Of a DNA stretch of 64,000 nucleotides, positions 10,081 to 42,059 are shown piece by piece. Position numbers and translations under genes: made by a program. The notes under the pieces are model-generated. The model worked only from the letters and a program-made list of their open reading frames with translations, was not told where the DNA came from and searched no databases. How positions within the stretch are numbered: position 1 is the first letter of the stretch; the number at the start of each line of letters is the position of its first letter. Source of the DNA: Macrostomum lignano (lineage: Eukaryota); assembly GCA_002269645.1 (NCBI GenBank), contig NIVC01000272.1:124001-188000 (forward strand), read 5' to 3'.

Positions 10081-12809
10081 TGTGGCAAGTTGAGCCACAA
10101 AGTTTATTTGAAGTAGCAGGGTGGAGGCACGCAAAACAAAAGTCTAAAGTTATATAGGCCAGCGGTGTACACTGGGCAGCCAATCAATGCACAGCGACCG
10201 TGCACATAGCACCGGCCTCCCCAGCTGGGGTTGGGGTGGCTGCTGGAGCGCATACGCGTGTGTCGTGACCGCCACATGGCTCCCCCCAGCGTTGGCCTAG
10301 GACCAAAACTGCATCGGGTGGCACCAGCGAGGCGGAAGCTGGCAGCAACCAGATGCTGGAGACCGGGTTGCTTGCACTGATGGGAGGTGCGTTGGTGGGA
10401 GCCCCGGCAGTGCTTGCCGGTGCGCAGCTGCGACCTGATGGTCTCCACCACATGGCAGTTGTGGCCGGCCATCCAGGCGGGGGCAGCCTCGTGGCTGCAG
10501 AGCCGGAGCCAGAATCACCTCGCCAGGATCAAGTGCCGCAGGTTTGAGTCTGTCCACTGCCACATGCCCAGGTTGAGGCGGAAGGTCTTGTCTCTGCGCT
10601 CAAGGACCTTGAAGGGCCCAAAGTATGGCCGCTGCAGAGATGGCCGGTGGCCATCACGGCGGATGAAGATGTGCGTGCAGGACTCCAGGGCAGCAGCACA
10701 GAGGCAGCAACGCAGCCATGATGCAAGGTTGGAGGCGGCCGGAACGATTGTACCGCGCTGCATAGCCAGGCCAGGAACTGGTCATAAGAGCCCTCAGGTG
10801 GCGCGGCCTGCAGGCATTCTCCCGGTACCATCAGCAGGGCGCCATAGACCAGCTCGGCCGAGGAGGTGCCAATGTCCTCTTTGGGAGCCATGCGGATGCC
10901 CAGCAATGCCCAGGGCAGCTCATTGGTCCAAGTCAGTCTGGTCAGGCGTGCCATCAGGGATGCCTTGAGCTGGTGGTGGAAGCATTCCCTGGAAGGCCTG
11001 GGCGGCGTTTTTGAGTCCGAATGACATCCGGAGAAACTCAAACAGGCCGAATGGCATGATGATGGCCATCTTGGCGATGTCGGCCTTGGCAACCGGGATT
11101 TGGTGGTAGCCCCGCACCAGGTCGATCTTGGAGAAAATGTTGCACCCGGACAGCCGCATAAAAAAGTCCTGAATGTGTGGCACCGGGTAGCGGTCACCCT
11201 GTGGCATCGTTGAGCCGCCAGAAATCGCCGCAGGGCTGCCAACCCCTGGAGGCCTTTGGCACCATGTGCAGTGGCGACAACTAGGGGTTGCAGGACTACC
11301 GCACAATGCCCAGCTGCTCCAGGTTGTAGAATTCCTCCTTGGCCACCGCCAGCTTGTCAGGCGGCAGGCGGCGCACCCGGGCATGGACAGGGGGGCCCGT
11401 TGTAGAAACATGATGTTGGACCCTGTGGAGTGGCCAGGCTTTCTGGAAACTCGGCTCTGTCAGCGTCGGAAACTCTGCAAGCAGCTGGCTGTATGGGTCC
11501 CCAGCAATGGCAGCAGTGAGCTGAGGTGCTGGGCTGGACCCGAGCAGCAGGTGGGCGCTGGACAGCAAGCTAGTGTCAAGCAGACGGTGGTTTGGCATGT
11601 CCATCAGTAGGCCGTGGTGCTGCAGGAATTCCGCGCCAATCAATGGCCGTGACACCTTGGCCAGGATGAACGGCTAGGTGCAGGTCTTGACGCCGAGGTC
11701 AAGTGTCAGCGTCCGGCTGCCGAACGTCCGGATTGGGCTGCCGTTGGCCGCGAAAAGCGCCGGGCTGGGTGTGTGCGAGTGGGTGTCTGCCCCCGAGACA
11801 GGAAAAATGCTCATCTCAGCGCCGGTGTCAACCAAGAAGCGCCGGCCCGTGGCTACGTTGGGGATGAGCAGGAGGTTGTTGCTGGCTGTTGAGGCATTCA
11901 CTGATGGCCGGCCAGCCCATTTCCTGAGAACGGCGTCAAACTTCCGGTGGAAGAAACAGATAGGGCCATTGGCCTCCCTCGGCTGGTGCAGCTTTGGGCT
12001 TGGCGCAAGCCGGGCAGGCAGTGGCAGTAACTACTAGCGGGTGCTCTGGCATCAGGGTGGTAGTGGCCATGGGCTGTGCCCGGCTTGCCCAGAGTTCATC
12101 CGCGAGTTGTGCAACTACGCGCGGGTCAGCAAAATCCACGGAGACGAGTGCCATGCAAATGTCGGCCAGCATCTGCTGGCGGAAAAGCTCCTCGAAGAGC
12201 ATGCAGGGCCAGTAGTTGCCGAGCAGGGCCAGCATCTCATCCATGAGCTTGGGCGGGCGGCGGTCACCAAGGCCGGCCAGGTTGAGCAGCTGGCTCGCAC
12301 ATTTTTGCTGCGTCAGGCCGAATGTGCCAAGGAGGCAGGCCTTGAGAGCATCTTACTTGTTCTCAGCCGGCGGTGTCTCAAGCATGTCCAGCAGGCGCTT
12401 GGCTGACTGCTGGTCCAGCGCGGCTACAAGATGAAAGTATTTGGTAGCATCTTGCGTGATGTTGCAGAGGACGAATTGCGCCTCTGCCTGGATGAACCAG
12501 GCGTAAGGCTGGCTGGCCCAGAACGTGGGCAGCTTGAAGGCCACTGCAGACTCAGTTGACATACTGAGGAGTTATTCTCAAACAAGCAGTTAAGAGTTGG
12601 GCTCACCAATGTGGCGAGTTGAGCCACATAAAGTTTATTTGAAGTAGCAGGGTGGAGGTGCGCGAGACTAAAGTCTAAAGTTATATAGGCCAGTGGTGTA
12701 CACTGGGCAGCCAATCAATGCACAGCAACCGTGCACATAGCGCTGGCCTCCCCGGCCAGGGTTGGGGTGGCTGCTGGAGCGCATACACATGTGTGACGTG
12801 ACCGCCACA
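10081..12809 (-). mobile_element. Ty3/Gypsy LTR retrotransposon, internally deleted (CsRn1/Kabuki/Boudicca-like)
   Basis: LTRs at 10081-10276 and 12610-12809 with TGTGGC...GCCACA ends and a 4-bp TSD GTAT. PBS is TGGTGAGCCC and PPT is GGGGGGAGCCA. It encodes gag (FKLPTFW..PYAWF), protease (FLVDTGAE) and RT start (FSKIDLVRGYHQIP..FGLKNAAQAFQ), fused near 10990 to the integrase C-terminus (LPWALLGIR..PKED..SSAELVYG). Confidence 0.95.
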
Positions 12810-13371
12810 GTATAATAATATAGGTCTTTTTCTATTAGACATTATTTCTTATAGATTTTACATTTCATATAGATTGTGCCCCCATATAGACACACTTCCA
12901 TAGTGAGGAAACTTATCTTTGTTAAAATAGGAAAAATTATCCCTATTTTTAAAAGGATAAAAATGCTTCTATATAGTTGGCCTTATGTGGATTTGCTATT
13001 GCTTACACAAAATATTAAACAATAAAGTCAATAATATGGCACTTAGAAATTGAAACTATGCAATTAGTCTTAATTGCTTTAGCCTTATATTATTAAATAT
13101 TAAATTGTCAGAGTATAGTTGATATGAAACTTAAAAAAAAGGTAATGAATAATTTCATAAATATGATTCACTATATTATTTTTTGACATAATAGGAGTTA
13201 AATAAAGTTTTTTTATGCAAACAGAGCATTCAAGAATAAACTGAAGCATATTTTTGCCTTAAGGCAGTTATTTGCATTTGGAATTTGTCATGTCTTTGAT
13301 GCATTTTGTTTGAGCTATATTATAGAACTATGGAAAAATATTGAATTTCAGCATTCAAGTCTGTGCACAGA

Positions 13372-33325
<19,954 letters not shown>

Positions 33326-33674
33326 CCATCGCTGATGCGCCTGACTTTAGCTGGTGTGAGAAAAATGATTCGCAAATCTTTATTAAAAATTAATCATACT
33401 AATTTTAACGCAGCCATTGATTTGCCCTTCCACATTTCCGTGTCTGCAAGTTTACAGTTAAAATGCCTGACGTCAGCTGACATTAGTACTGTCCCCCCTG
33501 TCTCTGATCCAGTTTTTGTGCAATATCTTTTTAAAAAATTCGAGATATTCGTTTTCATTTGGCTTTACCAAATCGCATGAATGATTATTTACGAGCGTAT
33601 TTGTTAGTCCGGTTTGAGTTGACCTTAGAAACTAAAAAGATAGTTACAGATTCCTTTGGCTCTGGAGCAGAGAT

Positions 33675-34205
33675 GCAGATTCAGTAGCTGAGGGAGAGCG
33701 GAGAGGCAGATTCAGTAGCTGAGGGAGAGCGGAGAGGCAGATTCAGTAGCTGAGGGAGAGCGGAGAGGCAGATTCAGTAGCTGAGGGAGAGCGGAGAGGC
33801 AGATTCAGTAGCTGAGGGGGAGCGGAGAGGCAGATTCAGTAGCTGAGGGAGAGCGGAGAGGCAGATTCAGTAGCTGAGGGAGAGCGGAGAGGCAGATTCA
33901 GTAGCTGAGGGGGAGCGGAGAGGCAGATTCAGTAGCTGAGGGGGAGCGGAGAGGCAGATTCAGTAGCTGAGGGAGAGCGGAGAGGCAGATTCAGTAGCTG
34001 AGGGGGAGCGGAGAGGCAGATTCAGTAGCTGAGGGAGAGCGGAGAGGCAGATTCAGTAGCTGAGGGGGAGCGGAGAGGCAGATTCAGTAGCTGAGGGAGA
34101 GCGGAGAGGCAGATTCAGTAGCTGAGGGAGAGCGAAGAGGCAGATTCAGTAGCTGAGGGAGAGCGGAGAGGCAGATTCAGTAGCTGAGGGAGAGCGGAGA
34201 GGCAG
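33675..34205. repeat. 31-bp minisatellite (GCAGATTCAGTAGCTGAGGGAGAGCGGAGAG)
   Basis: Near-perfect copies. Confidence 0.93.
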
Positions 34206-34639
34206 ATATTAGCATTCCGCAATATTTTATTTCACTCGAGTCCCCACTGTAGTTTTGTCTGGTCACAAATTGTGCGGATATTTTTGTGTCGCAAATGAAA
34301 CACTGTACTCTACTAGTCACATTTTTGTCAGTAGTGTGATGCGCGATTCTTTCTTGCAATTTCCCATGTAAGTTTGGCAGAATTTTGTAATTAATATATT
34401 CGTTCCCCAGACCCATGTTTCTTGGAATTTCGCAACAGAACTGTTCTTGTAAACCCATTGCTTCACGCAAGCTGCTTGTGAATCTCTTGTAGTCTAATTG
34501 TAATTTTCCTGTCATTTTTTGCATTGAATTCTTTTGCAATAATTTAACCGCAACGATACTTCAAAACAATTTGTTTGATCTACTAAATTATAAATATACT
34601 TGCTTTGAACAGCTTGCGACAAATCCTTTGATGCTGTTT

Positions 34640-35905
34640 CAGTCAGTCAGTCAGTCAGTCAGACAGCCAGTCAGTCAGACAGCCAGTCAGTCAGACAGCC
34701 AGTCAGTCAGACAGTCAGTCGGTCAGCGAGTGAGTCAGTCAGACAGACAGACAGTCGGTCAGTCAGTCAGTCAGTCAGACAGCCAGTCAGTCAGACAGTC
34801 AGTCAGTCAGTCAGACAGTCAGTTAGTCGGACAGTCAGTGAGTGAGTCAGTCGGACAGTCAGTGAGTGAGTCAGTCAGTCGGACAGTCAGTCAGCTATTT
34901 AGTCAGCTAGTCAGTCAGCCAGTCAGTCAGCTAGTCAGTCAGTCAGTCAGCTAGTCAGTCAGTCAGTCAGCTAGTCAGTCAGTCAGTCAGCTAGTCAGTC
35001 AGTCAGTCAGTCAGTCAGTCAGACAGACAGTCAGTCAGTCAGTCAGATCGACAGTCAGTCAGTCAGTCAGTCAGTCAGTCAGACAGACAGACAGTCAGTC
35101 AGATCGACAGTCAGTCAGTCAGTCAGTCAGTCAGTCAGTCAGTCAGACAGACAGACAGTCAGTCAGATCGACAGTCAGTCAGTCAGTCAGTCAGTCAGTC
35201 AGTCAGACAGTCAGTCGGTCAGCGAGTGAGTCAGTCAGACAGTCAGTCAGATAGTCAGTCGGACAGTCAGTCAGTCAGACAGTCAGTCAGTCAGCGAGCG
35301 ATTGAATCAGTCAGACAGTCAGTCGAACAGTCAGTCGGACAGTCAGTCAGTCAGTCGGACAGTCAGTGAGTGAATCAGTCGGACAGTCAGTCAGTCAGTC
35401 AGTCAGCCAGTCAGTCAGTCAGACAGACAGTCAGTCAGTCGGACAGTCAGTCAGTCAGTCAGCCAGTCAGTCAGTCAGACAGTCAGTCAGTCAGTCAGAC
35501 AGACAGTCAGTCAGTCGGACAGTCAATGAGTGAATCAGTCGGACAGTCAGTCAGCCAGTGAGTGAGTCAGTCAGACAGACAGACAGTCAGTCAGTGAGTC
35601 AGTCAGTCGGACAGTCAGTCAGTGAGTGAGTGAGTCAGTCAGTGAGTCAGTCAGTCAGTTAGTGAGTCAGTCAGTCAGTGAGTCAGTCAGTCAGTCAGTG
35701 AGTGAGTCAGTCAGTCAGTCGAACAGTCAGTCGGACAGTCAGTGAGTGAGTCAGTCAGTCAGCTAGTCAGTCAGTCAGTCAGTCAGTCAGTCAGCTAGTC
35801 AGTCAGTCAGTCAGTCAGTCAGTCAGTCAGTCAGTCAGTCAGTCAGTCAGTCAGTCAGTCGAACAGTCAGTCAGTCAGTCAGTCGGACAGTCAGTCAGTC
35901 AGCGA
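34640..35905. repeat. (CAGT)n-based microsatellite, about 1.25 kb
   Basis: Direct periodicity. Confidence 0.95.
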
Positions 35906-36072
35906 GTTCGGGTTCAGTCCCCAACAGCCAATCAAATCTGATAAACTGTGTTTGCTGTCACAGGGTAATTAAATCGCTCAATATCCAATCCTTGACCTTC
36001 TGCTAAACTTCCGTGCCCTAATTTAGTTTGTACAAGTTTTGAAAACTTTTGACTTGTCGGGAGCTACCGAAA

Positions 36073-39027
36073 ATGCCTTCCGCCAATGGCAACGGTGATG
36101 GTGAGGGCCCGGCGTCCGGCCAGGACCTGCAGTTCACCCAGGAGGAGCGGGACCGCATCAATCGCATCGTCAGCCAGATGCCGTCCGAGGGAGGCGCCAT
36201 TGAAGCGCCGAGTACCCGGCTGAACCAGCCAATCCACCGCAGAGATGTGCTCAGCAACGATGGAGTCGAGTTCAGCGTGCCCGAGACCGAGGAGGATCCG
36301 GAAATTGAACTGGTTCAGGGCTTGTTCCGCGATAGGGAGTATCTCAGGCGCATGGAGCAGGTGAGTGCATTGCAGAACACAATCCACCGTTTCTGAGTTG
36401 GTTGCTCCCAGATCCCCATGTTGATTCGGCCCAGATCCCCATGTTGACTCCCAGATCCTCATGTTGATTCCCAGATCCCCTGTGCTCATCTCCAGATCCC
36501 TATGTTGATTTCCAGATTCCCATGTTGATTTCTAGATCCCCATGTTGACTCCCAGACCCTCATGTTGACTCCCAGACCCTCATGTTGATTTCCAGACCCT
36601 CATGTTGATTTCCAGATCCCCATGTTGACTCCCAGATCCCCATGTTGACTCCCAGATCCCCATTGTTGATTTCTAAATCCCTATGTTGATTCCTGCTTAA
36701 TCCCAGATCCCATTGTTGATTCCCAGATCCCCATGTTGATTCCCAGCTCCCAAACCCCATATTCCCAAGTGGGTCCTAGATTTCCCAGGCAAGCCTCTTG
36801 GCCTCAATCGGTGAGACCTGACCCGAGCCCGGCCCGCTGCTCCCGCAGGTGGGCATCAGCGACGATGAAGATGACGACGATGCCGAGGACGACGCTAGCG
36901 GCGTCTCCCGATTCGAGCGCAAGCGGCGCACGATGACCGACGTGTTCCCGGACCCCGGCTCGGAGCGGCACGGCCTGCTGCACAAGCGGGTGAAGAAGTT
37001 CGGCTCGGGCAGCCCGCCGCCCCCGGACGCCATGGTGACCTTCCACTATACCCTGTTCGCCGAGTCGCTAGTCGAGCCTTTCGACTCCACCAGGCAGCAC
37101 CTGGACGCCAAGCCGTACACGAAGCGGCTGAACTCCGACATGATCCCCGGCATCGACTGGGCCCTGGCCAGCATGTGCAAGGGCGAGCGGGCCCTGTTCC
37201 ACATCCACCCCGACGCCTTCCTTGGCGAGCAGGGCGCCGCTCCGCGCATCCCCGGGGGCGAGCCGATCCTGGCCGACGTCGAGTTGGTCAGCTTCTGCGA
37301 CAGCCACTCCGTGGACGCGTTCTATTCCCGGGACGAGGACGAGCGCCGGAAGGTGCCATTCCGGGTACAGCTGGGCGTTGTGCAGAACCTGCGACACACC
37401 GCCAAGGACCTGTTCGGCCGCCGCCTGCACGTGCAAGCCAATCAAAAATACCGAGCCGCTGAGCAGGTGCTCACGAGCATGAATGTCACCAGCGAAGAGG
37501 TTAGTTGGCCTAAGCCAGTGTCAAAGTCTATGTCTTGACCATAGACATATAATGGGCCGTGTTAGGCCATAGACATGTGGGTGTGTTAGGCCACAGACAA
37601 ATGTAGATGTGTTAGGCCACAGACATAAGTAGATGTGTTAGGCCACAGATATATGTAGGTCTGTTTAGCCACAGACAAATGTAGGTGTGTTAGGCCATAG
37701 ACATACGTAGGTGTGTTAGGCCATAGACATGCGGGTGTTTTAGGCCATAGACATATGTAGGTTTGTTAAGCCATAGACATCTAAAAGCGCAGACATCACT
37801 GTAATCTTCTCCCTACAAGAAGCCCTGATTTATTTTCGAGAGTTGCCGTTGTCAGTCTTAAAAAGTTGCCCATATATGTACGAGTATCGCCCCGAGAATC
37901 ATCCTAATGTAGTTCACACAATCGCCCCCTGAGAATGACCCCAAACACACTCTGGGAGTCGCCCTGAACTCGCCCTGAGAATGACCCCAAACACGCTCTG
38001 GGAGTCGCCCTGAACTCGCCCTGAGAATGACCCCAAACACACTCTGGGAGTCGCCTTAAACTCGCCCTGAGAATGACCCCAAACACGCTCTGGGAGTCGC
38101 CCTGAACTCGCCCTGAGAATGACCCCAAACACGCTCTGGGAGTCGCCCTGAACTCGCCCTGAGAATGACCCCAAACACACTCTGGGAGTCGCCTTAAACT
38201 CGCCCTGAGAATGACCCCAAACACGCTCTGGGAGTCGCCCTGAACTCGCCCTGAGAATGACCCCAAACACGCTCTGGGAGTCGCCCTGAACTCGCCCTGA
38301 GAATGACCCCAAACACACTCTGGGAGTCGCCCTGAACTCACCCTGAGAATGACCCCAAACACGCTCTGGGAGTCGCCTTAAACTCGCCCTGAGAATGACC
38401 CCAAACAAACCGGCCAACCCGCAGGAGGAAGCCCGCATGAACCGGGAGCTGTCGGTGATCAGTGTCAACAAGGCCATCACGCTGTACCACCTCGGCAAGT
38501 TCCCGTCGGCTGTGCGCGAATGCAACGAGGCCCTGAAGCGGGACGAGCGCAACCCCAAGGCGCTGTTGTGGCGCGGCGAAGCCCTCTGCTCCATGGGCCA
38601 GCACGCCGAGGCGGCCAGATCGCTGCAGCGATGCCGCGAGATTCTAGGCGTCGGCCTGAGCTCGAATTCTCGCGACCGAGTCGAGAAGGCCATCCGACGA
38701 AACGATGACGAGCTGCGGAAATACCGGGAGGACCAGCGCCGGCTCTACAGGCGCATGGGCGGCGACTTTGCCGGCGGCGGCAACGGCTCGCAGTCTCAAC
38801 AGCAGCAGCAGCGGGATGAGCAGCCGATCAACCCGGAGCTCCGCCGCAAACTGGACGAGTTCCTGGCCAACCCGTCCATGCCGAACTTGGTGGTCAGCAA
38901 GGCCGTGCTGACAGAGACAGATGTGAAACAGCTGACTGCGGCCGCCAAGGCTGCGGACCCCAGGCTGACGGTGCAGGAGACGCCCAGAACTGTCACCATT
39001 GTGAAGCCCAAGCCGAATTTCGGTTGA
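36073..39027 (+). CDS. FKBP6: FKBP6/Shutdown-like FKBP-type PPIase domain + TPR co-chaperone, 3 exons, 513 aa
   Basis: Exons 36073-36360, 36849-37499 and 38425-39027, all phase 0 and AG/GT-bounded. It has an acidic N-terminal stretch, an FKBP fold (KRVKKFGSG..VTFHYTLF..PFDST..IPGIDWALASMCKGERALFHIHPD..LGEQG..PRIPG..ILADVEL), then TPRs (VNKAITLYHLGKF..AVRECNEALKRDERNPKALLWRGEA). One FKBP domain plus TPRs is the FKBP6/Shu architecture. Confidence 0.85.
36405..36740. repeat. About 20-bp minisatellite (CCCAGATCCCCATGTTGATT) in FKBP6 intron 1
   Basis: Direct periodicity. Confidence 0.88.
37520..37794 (+). mobile_element. Dispersed element with about 9 internal 24-26-bp units (GTGTTAGGCCATAGACAT...) in FKBP6 intron 2
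   Basis: Same flanks as 14020-14110 in the opposite orientation. Confidence 0.65.
37915..38405. repeat. 46-bp minisatellite with a 3-unit (138-bp) higher-order pattern in FKBP6 intron 2
   Basis: CCCTGAGAATGACCCCAAACAC(G/A)CTCTGGGAGTCGCC(C/T)T(G/A)AACTCG. It ends about 20 nt before the acceptor at 38424. Confidence 0.92.
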
Positions 39028-39249
39028 CTGCAGCCGGCCATTCAACAGCTGCTGGATGAGCAACTGTCCCGCGTGCTTGATTGTTGCGAGTGCGTTTGTT
39101 ACCCTCTATTGCTTCCCTCGTTTTTTAGTTCTAGTTTTCATGTTTATGAAAATTTTGGGTGTCTCAGACTAGCGGGATTACGAGTGGGTTTCACGGCTGG
39201 TGGCTGAGTGTGTGTTAGAGTTTGTGGGGTACATGTAGTTTGTAGAATT

Positions 39250-39835
39250 TAGAGGAAATGGTAGAATGGATGGCAGATTGTAAAGTAGGTGCAGTAGAGT
39301 GTGGGATAGATGGGTGGCAGATTGTAGAGCAGGTGCAGTAGAGTGTGGGATAGATGAGTGGCAGATTGTAAAGTAGGTGTAGTAGAGTGTGGGATAGATG
39401 GGTGGCAGATTGTAGAGCAGGTGCAGTAGAGTGTGGGATAGATGAGTGGCAGATTGTAGAGCAGGTGCAGTAGAGTGTGGGATAGATGAGTGGCAGATTG
39501 TAAAGTAGGTGTAGTAGAGTGTGGGATAGATGAGTGGCAGATTGTAGAGCAGGTGCAGTAGAGTGTGGGATAGATGAGTGGCAGATTGTAGAGCAGGTGC
39601 AGTAGAGTGTGGGATAGATGGGTGGCAGATTGTAGAGCAGGTGCAGTAGAGTGTGGGATAGATGAGTGGCAGATTGTAGAGCAGGTGCAGTAGAGTGTGG
39701 GATAGATGAGTGGCAGATTGTAAAGTAGGTGTAGTAGAGTGTGGGATAGATGAGTGGCAGATTGTAGAGCAGGTGCAGTAGAGTGTGGGATAGATGGGTG
39801 GCAGATTGTAGAGTAGGTGCAGTAGAGTGTGGGGC
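39250..39835. repeat. 44-bp minisatellite (AGTAGAGTGTGGGATAGATGAGTGGCAGATTGTAGAGCAGGTGC)
   Basis: Direct periodicity, related to the 45-bp array at 40370. Confidence 0.92.
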
Positions 39836-40220
39836 AGACGGTATGCACAGCACAATGGGCACATAAGTAGTCATGGTAGGCAGTCATATAACGGTATTGT
39901 ATTGCATTTCCGACCTTTTTAAATCTATAATATGCTTTTCTTTACATTTTTTAAAAATTCAAAACATTTTTTGTCTAATTAATAATAATAAACTATTACC
40001 TAATTAGTTACTTAGTTAATCAAACAGTTCACTATGCGTTTGAAACGAAATGTTTGTTCGTGTTCCTGAGAAATGTAAAACATTTGTTACTTGAATAAAT
40101 TTATGATTGGATGAGTAGTGCAGTTGCAGAAGAGGTGAAAGACTGACAAATCAGTGTAGGATGAGTTTTCTAACTCAGCATGGCAGGGTCGACCTCAGCC
40201 TTCAGTTAAATTATAATTTC

Positions 40221-40325
40221 CTAATTTGGTTCATAAAAGTTTCTAAAACTTTTCACTTTTCCAGAGCTACCGAAAATTCCCCCAGTTAATGACAATGGCG
40301 ATTGTGGCGAACCGGAGTCCGGCAT
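40221..40325 (+). pseudogene. Decayed duplicate of the FKBP6 5' end (start codon lost)
   Basis: CTAATTTGGTTCATAAAAGTTTCTAAAACTTTTCAC...GAGCTACCGAAAATT aligns with 36018-36120 (CTAATTTAGTTTGTACAAGTTTTGAAAACTTTTGAC...GAGCTACCGAAAATG). ATG has become ATT. Confidence 0.7.
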
Positions 40326-40369
40326 TAGTCTTTGAGGTACATGTAAGGTACTCATAGATTGTAGAGTAG

Positions 40370-40790
40370 GTTGTTTGGTAGAGTGGGATAGGGGGATGGC
40401 AGATTGTAGAGTAGGTTGGTTGGTAGAGTGGGATAGGTGGATGGCAGATTGTAGAGTAGGTTGGTTGGTAGAGTGGGATAGGTGGATGGCAGATTGTAGA
40501 GTAGGTTGGTTGGTAGAGTGGGATAGGGGGATGGCAGATTGTAGAGTAGGTTGGTTGGTAGAGTGGGATAGGTGGATGGCAGATTGTAGAGTAGGTTGGT
40601 TGGTAGAGTGGGATAGGGGGATGGCAGATTGTAGAGTAGGTTGGTTGGTAGAGTGGGATAGGTGGATGGCAGATTGTAGAGTAGGTTGGTTGGTAAAGTG
40701 GGATAGGGGGATGGCAGATTGTAGAGTAGGTTGGTTGGTAGAGTGGCATAGGGGGATGGCAGATTGTAGATGTAGAGTAGGTGTGGTAGA
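40370..40790. repeat. 45-bp minisatellite (GTAGAGTGGGATAGGTGGATGGCAGATTGTAGAGTAGGTTGGTTG)
   Basis: Direct periodicity. Confidence 0.92.
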
Positions 40791-41308
40791 TTGTGGGGCA
40801 GTCACAGCACGATGGGTACATGAGTAGTCAGGCAGACATACGGCAGCATTCCCTTACATTTGAATCAAAATATATTATTATATACGTGTAATAATTTTAT
40901 ATATTATTATTTTTATTAATTATTATTCACTAATCTCTTCCGCTGGAAAGAAACTAGTCGCATTATACTACTAGCTAGCGATTGTTTGTAAGTAGGCAGA
41001 TTGCGCAAAGTGTGTCCGTGTTATTTCTGAACTGAATCCTTGTTCTACGCATTATCGCGTGTTCGGCTTGTTGATGCTGCTGTCCGCGGCCCATCCTGCC
41101 CTTCAGTGTGGCGTCAAATATAGACTAAGTCTTTCTTAGAAATGCCAAGCGTTTAGCTTGTGTTACTTGAATAAGTTTATGAATGAGACAAAAGTGCAGT
41201 TGCAGAAAGGGGCGAAAGCTGGCGATTGGAGCAAGGACAAGTTGGGCCAAATCATCCCTGTAACTTCCTCATTTTAAGTTGCTTTAAGTTGCCCGCCAAG
41301 ACTCTATC

Positions 41309-42059
41309 CGGCCCTCCAGTCCTTTGAAAATTCACAACAGAAATTCGACCGTCTCGTGGTTTGTCTCTTCTCAGCTCTCTTTTCGAATCTCCTCTCTCAT
41401 CTTCCTTCTCCTCTTTCCTCTCCTTTCCTCTTTCCTCTCTCCTCTCCGCTCTATTCTCCTCTTCCTTCTCCTCTCCAGTTTCTTCTTCCTCTTTCCTCTC
41501 CTCTCCTCTCTCTTCTCTCCTCTCTACTACTCTCCTCTCTCTCCTCTCCTCTCTCTTCTCTCCTGTCTTCTCTCCTCTCTCTTCTCTCCTCTCCTCTCAT
41601 CTCTCTTCTCTCCTCTCCTCTATTCTCTCCTCTTCTCTTCTCTCTCTTCTCTCATCTCTCTTCTCTCCTCTCCTCTCTTCTCCTCTCCTCTCCTCTCCTC
41701 TTCTCTCCTCTCCTCTCCTCTCCTCTCCTCTCCTCTCCTCTCATCTCTATTCTACTCTTCCTTCTCTCCAGTCTCTTCTCCCTTCTTTTCTTCTTCCTCT
41801 TTCCTCTCCTCTCCTCTCTCTTCTCTCCTCTCTCCTCTCCTCGTTCTTCTCTCCTCTCTCCTCTCCTCTCCCTTCTCTCTCCTCTCCTCTCCTCTCCTCT
41901 CCTCTCCTCTCTTCTCTTTTCGCCTCACCTCGCCTCTCGCCCCTCGCCCCTCGCCTCACCCTTCTCCTATCACTCTTTTTTCTCTCCCCTCCTCCGGCCG
42001 GCAGTCATGCGCTGGGTTCTCCACCTGGAGCTTCGCGGTAAAAAGTTTACCGACCCCTG
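41309..42059 (+). mobile_element. hAT-type MITE (left end eroded) carrying an expanded CT-rich tract of about 600 bp
   Basis: Right TIR AAAGTTTACCGACCCCTG is the reverse complement of CAGGGGTCGGTAAAC. Internal GTCCTTTGAAAATTCACAA...GGTTTGTCTCTTCTCAG matches the copy at 54106-54373. Confidence 0.65.
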
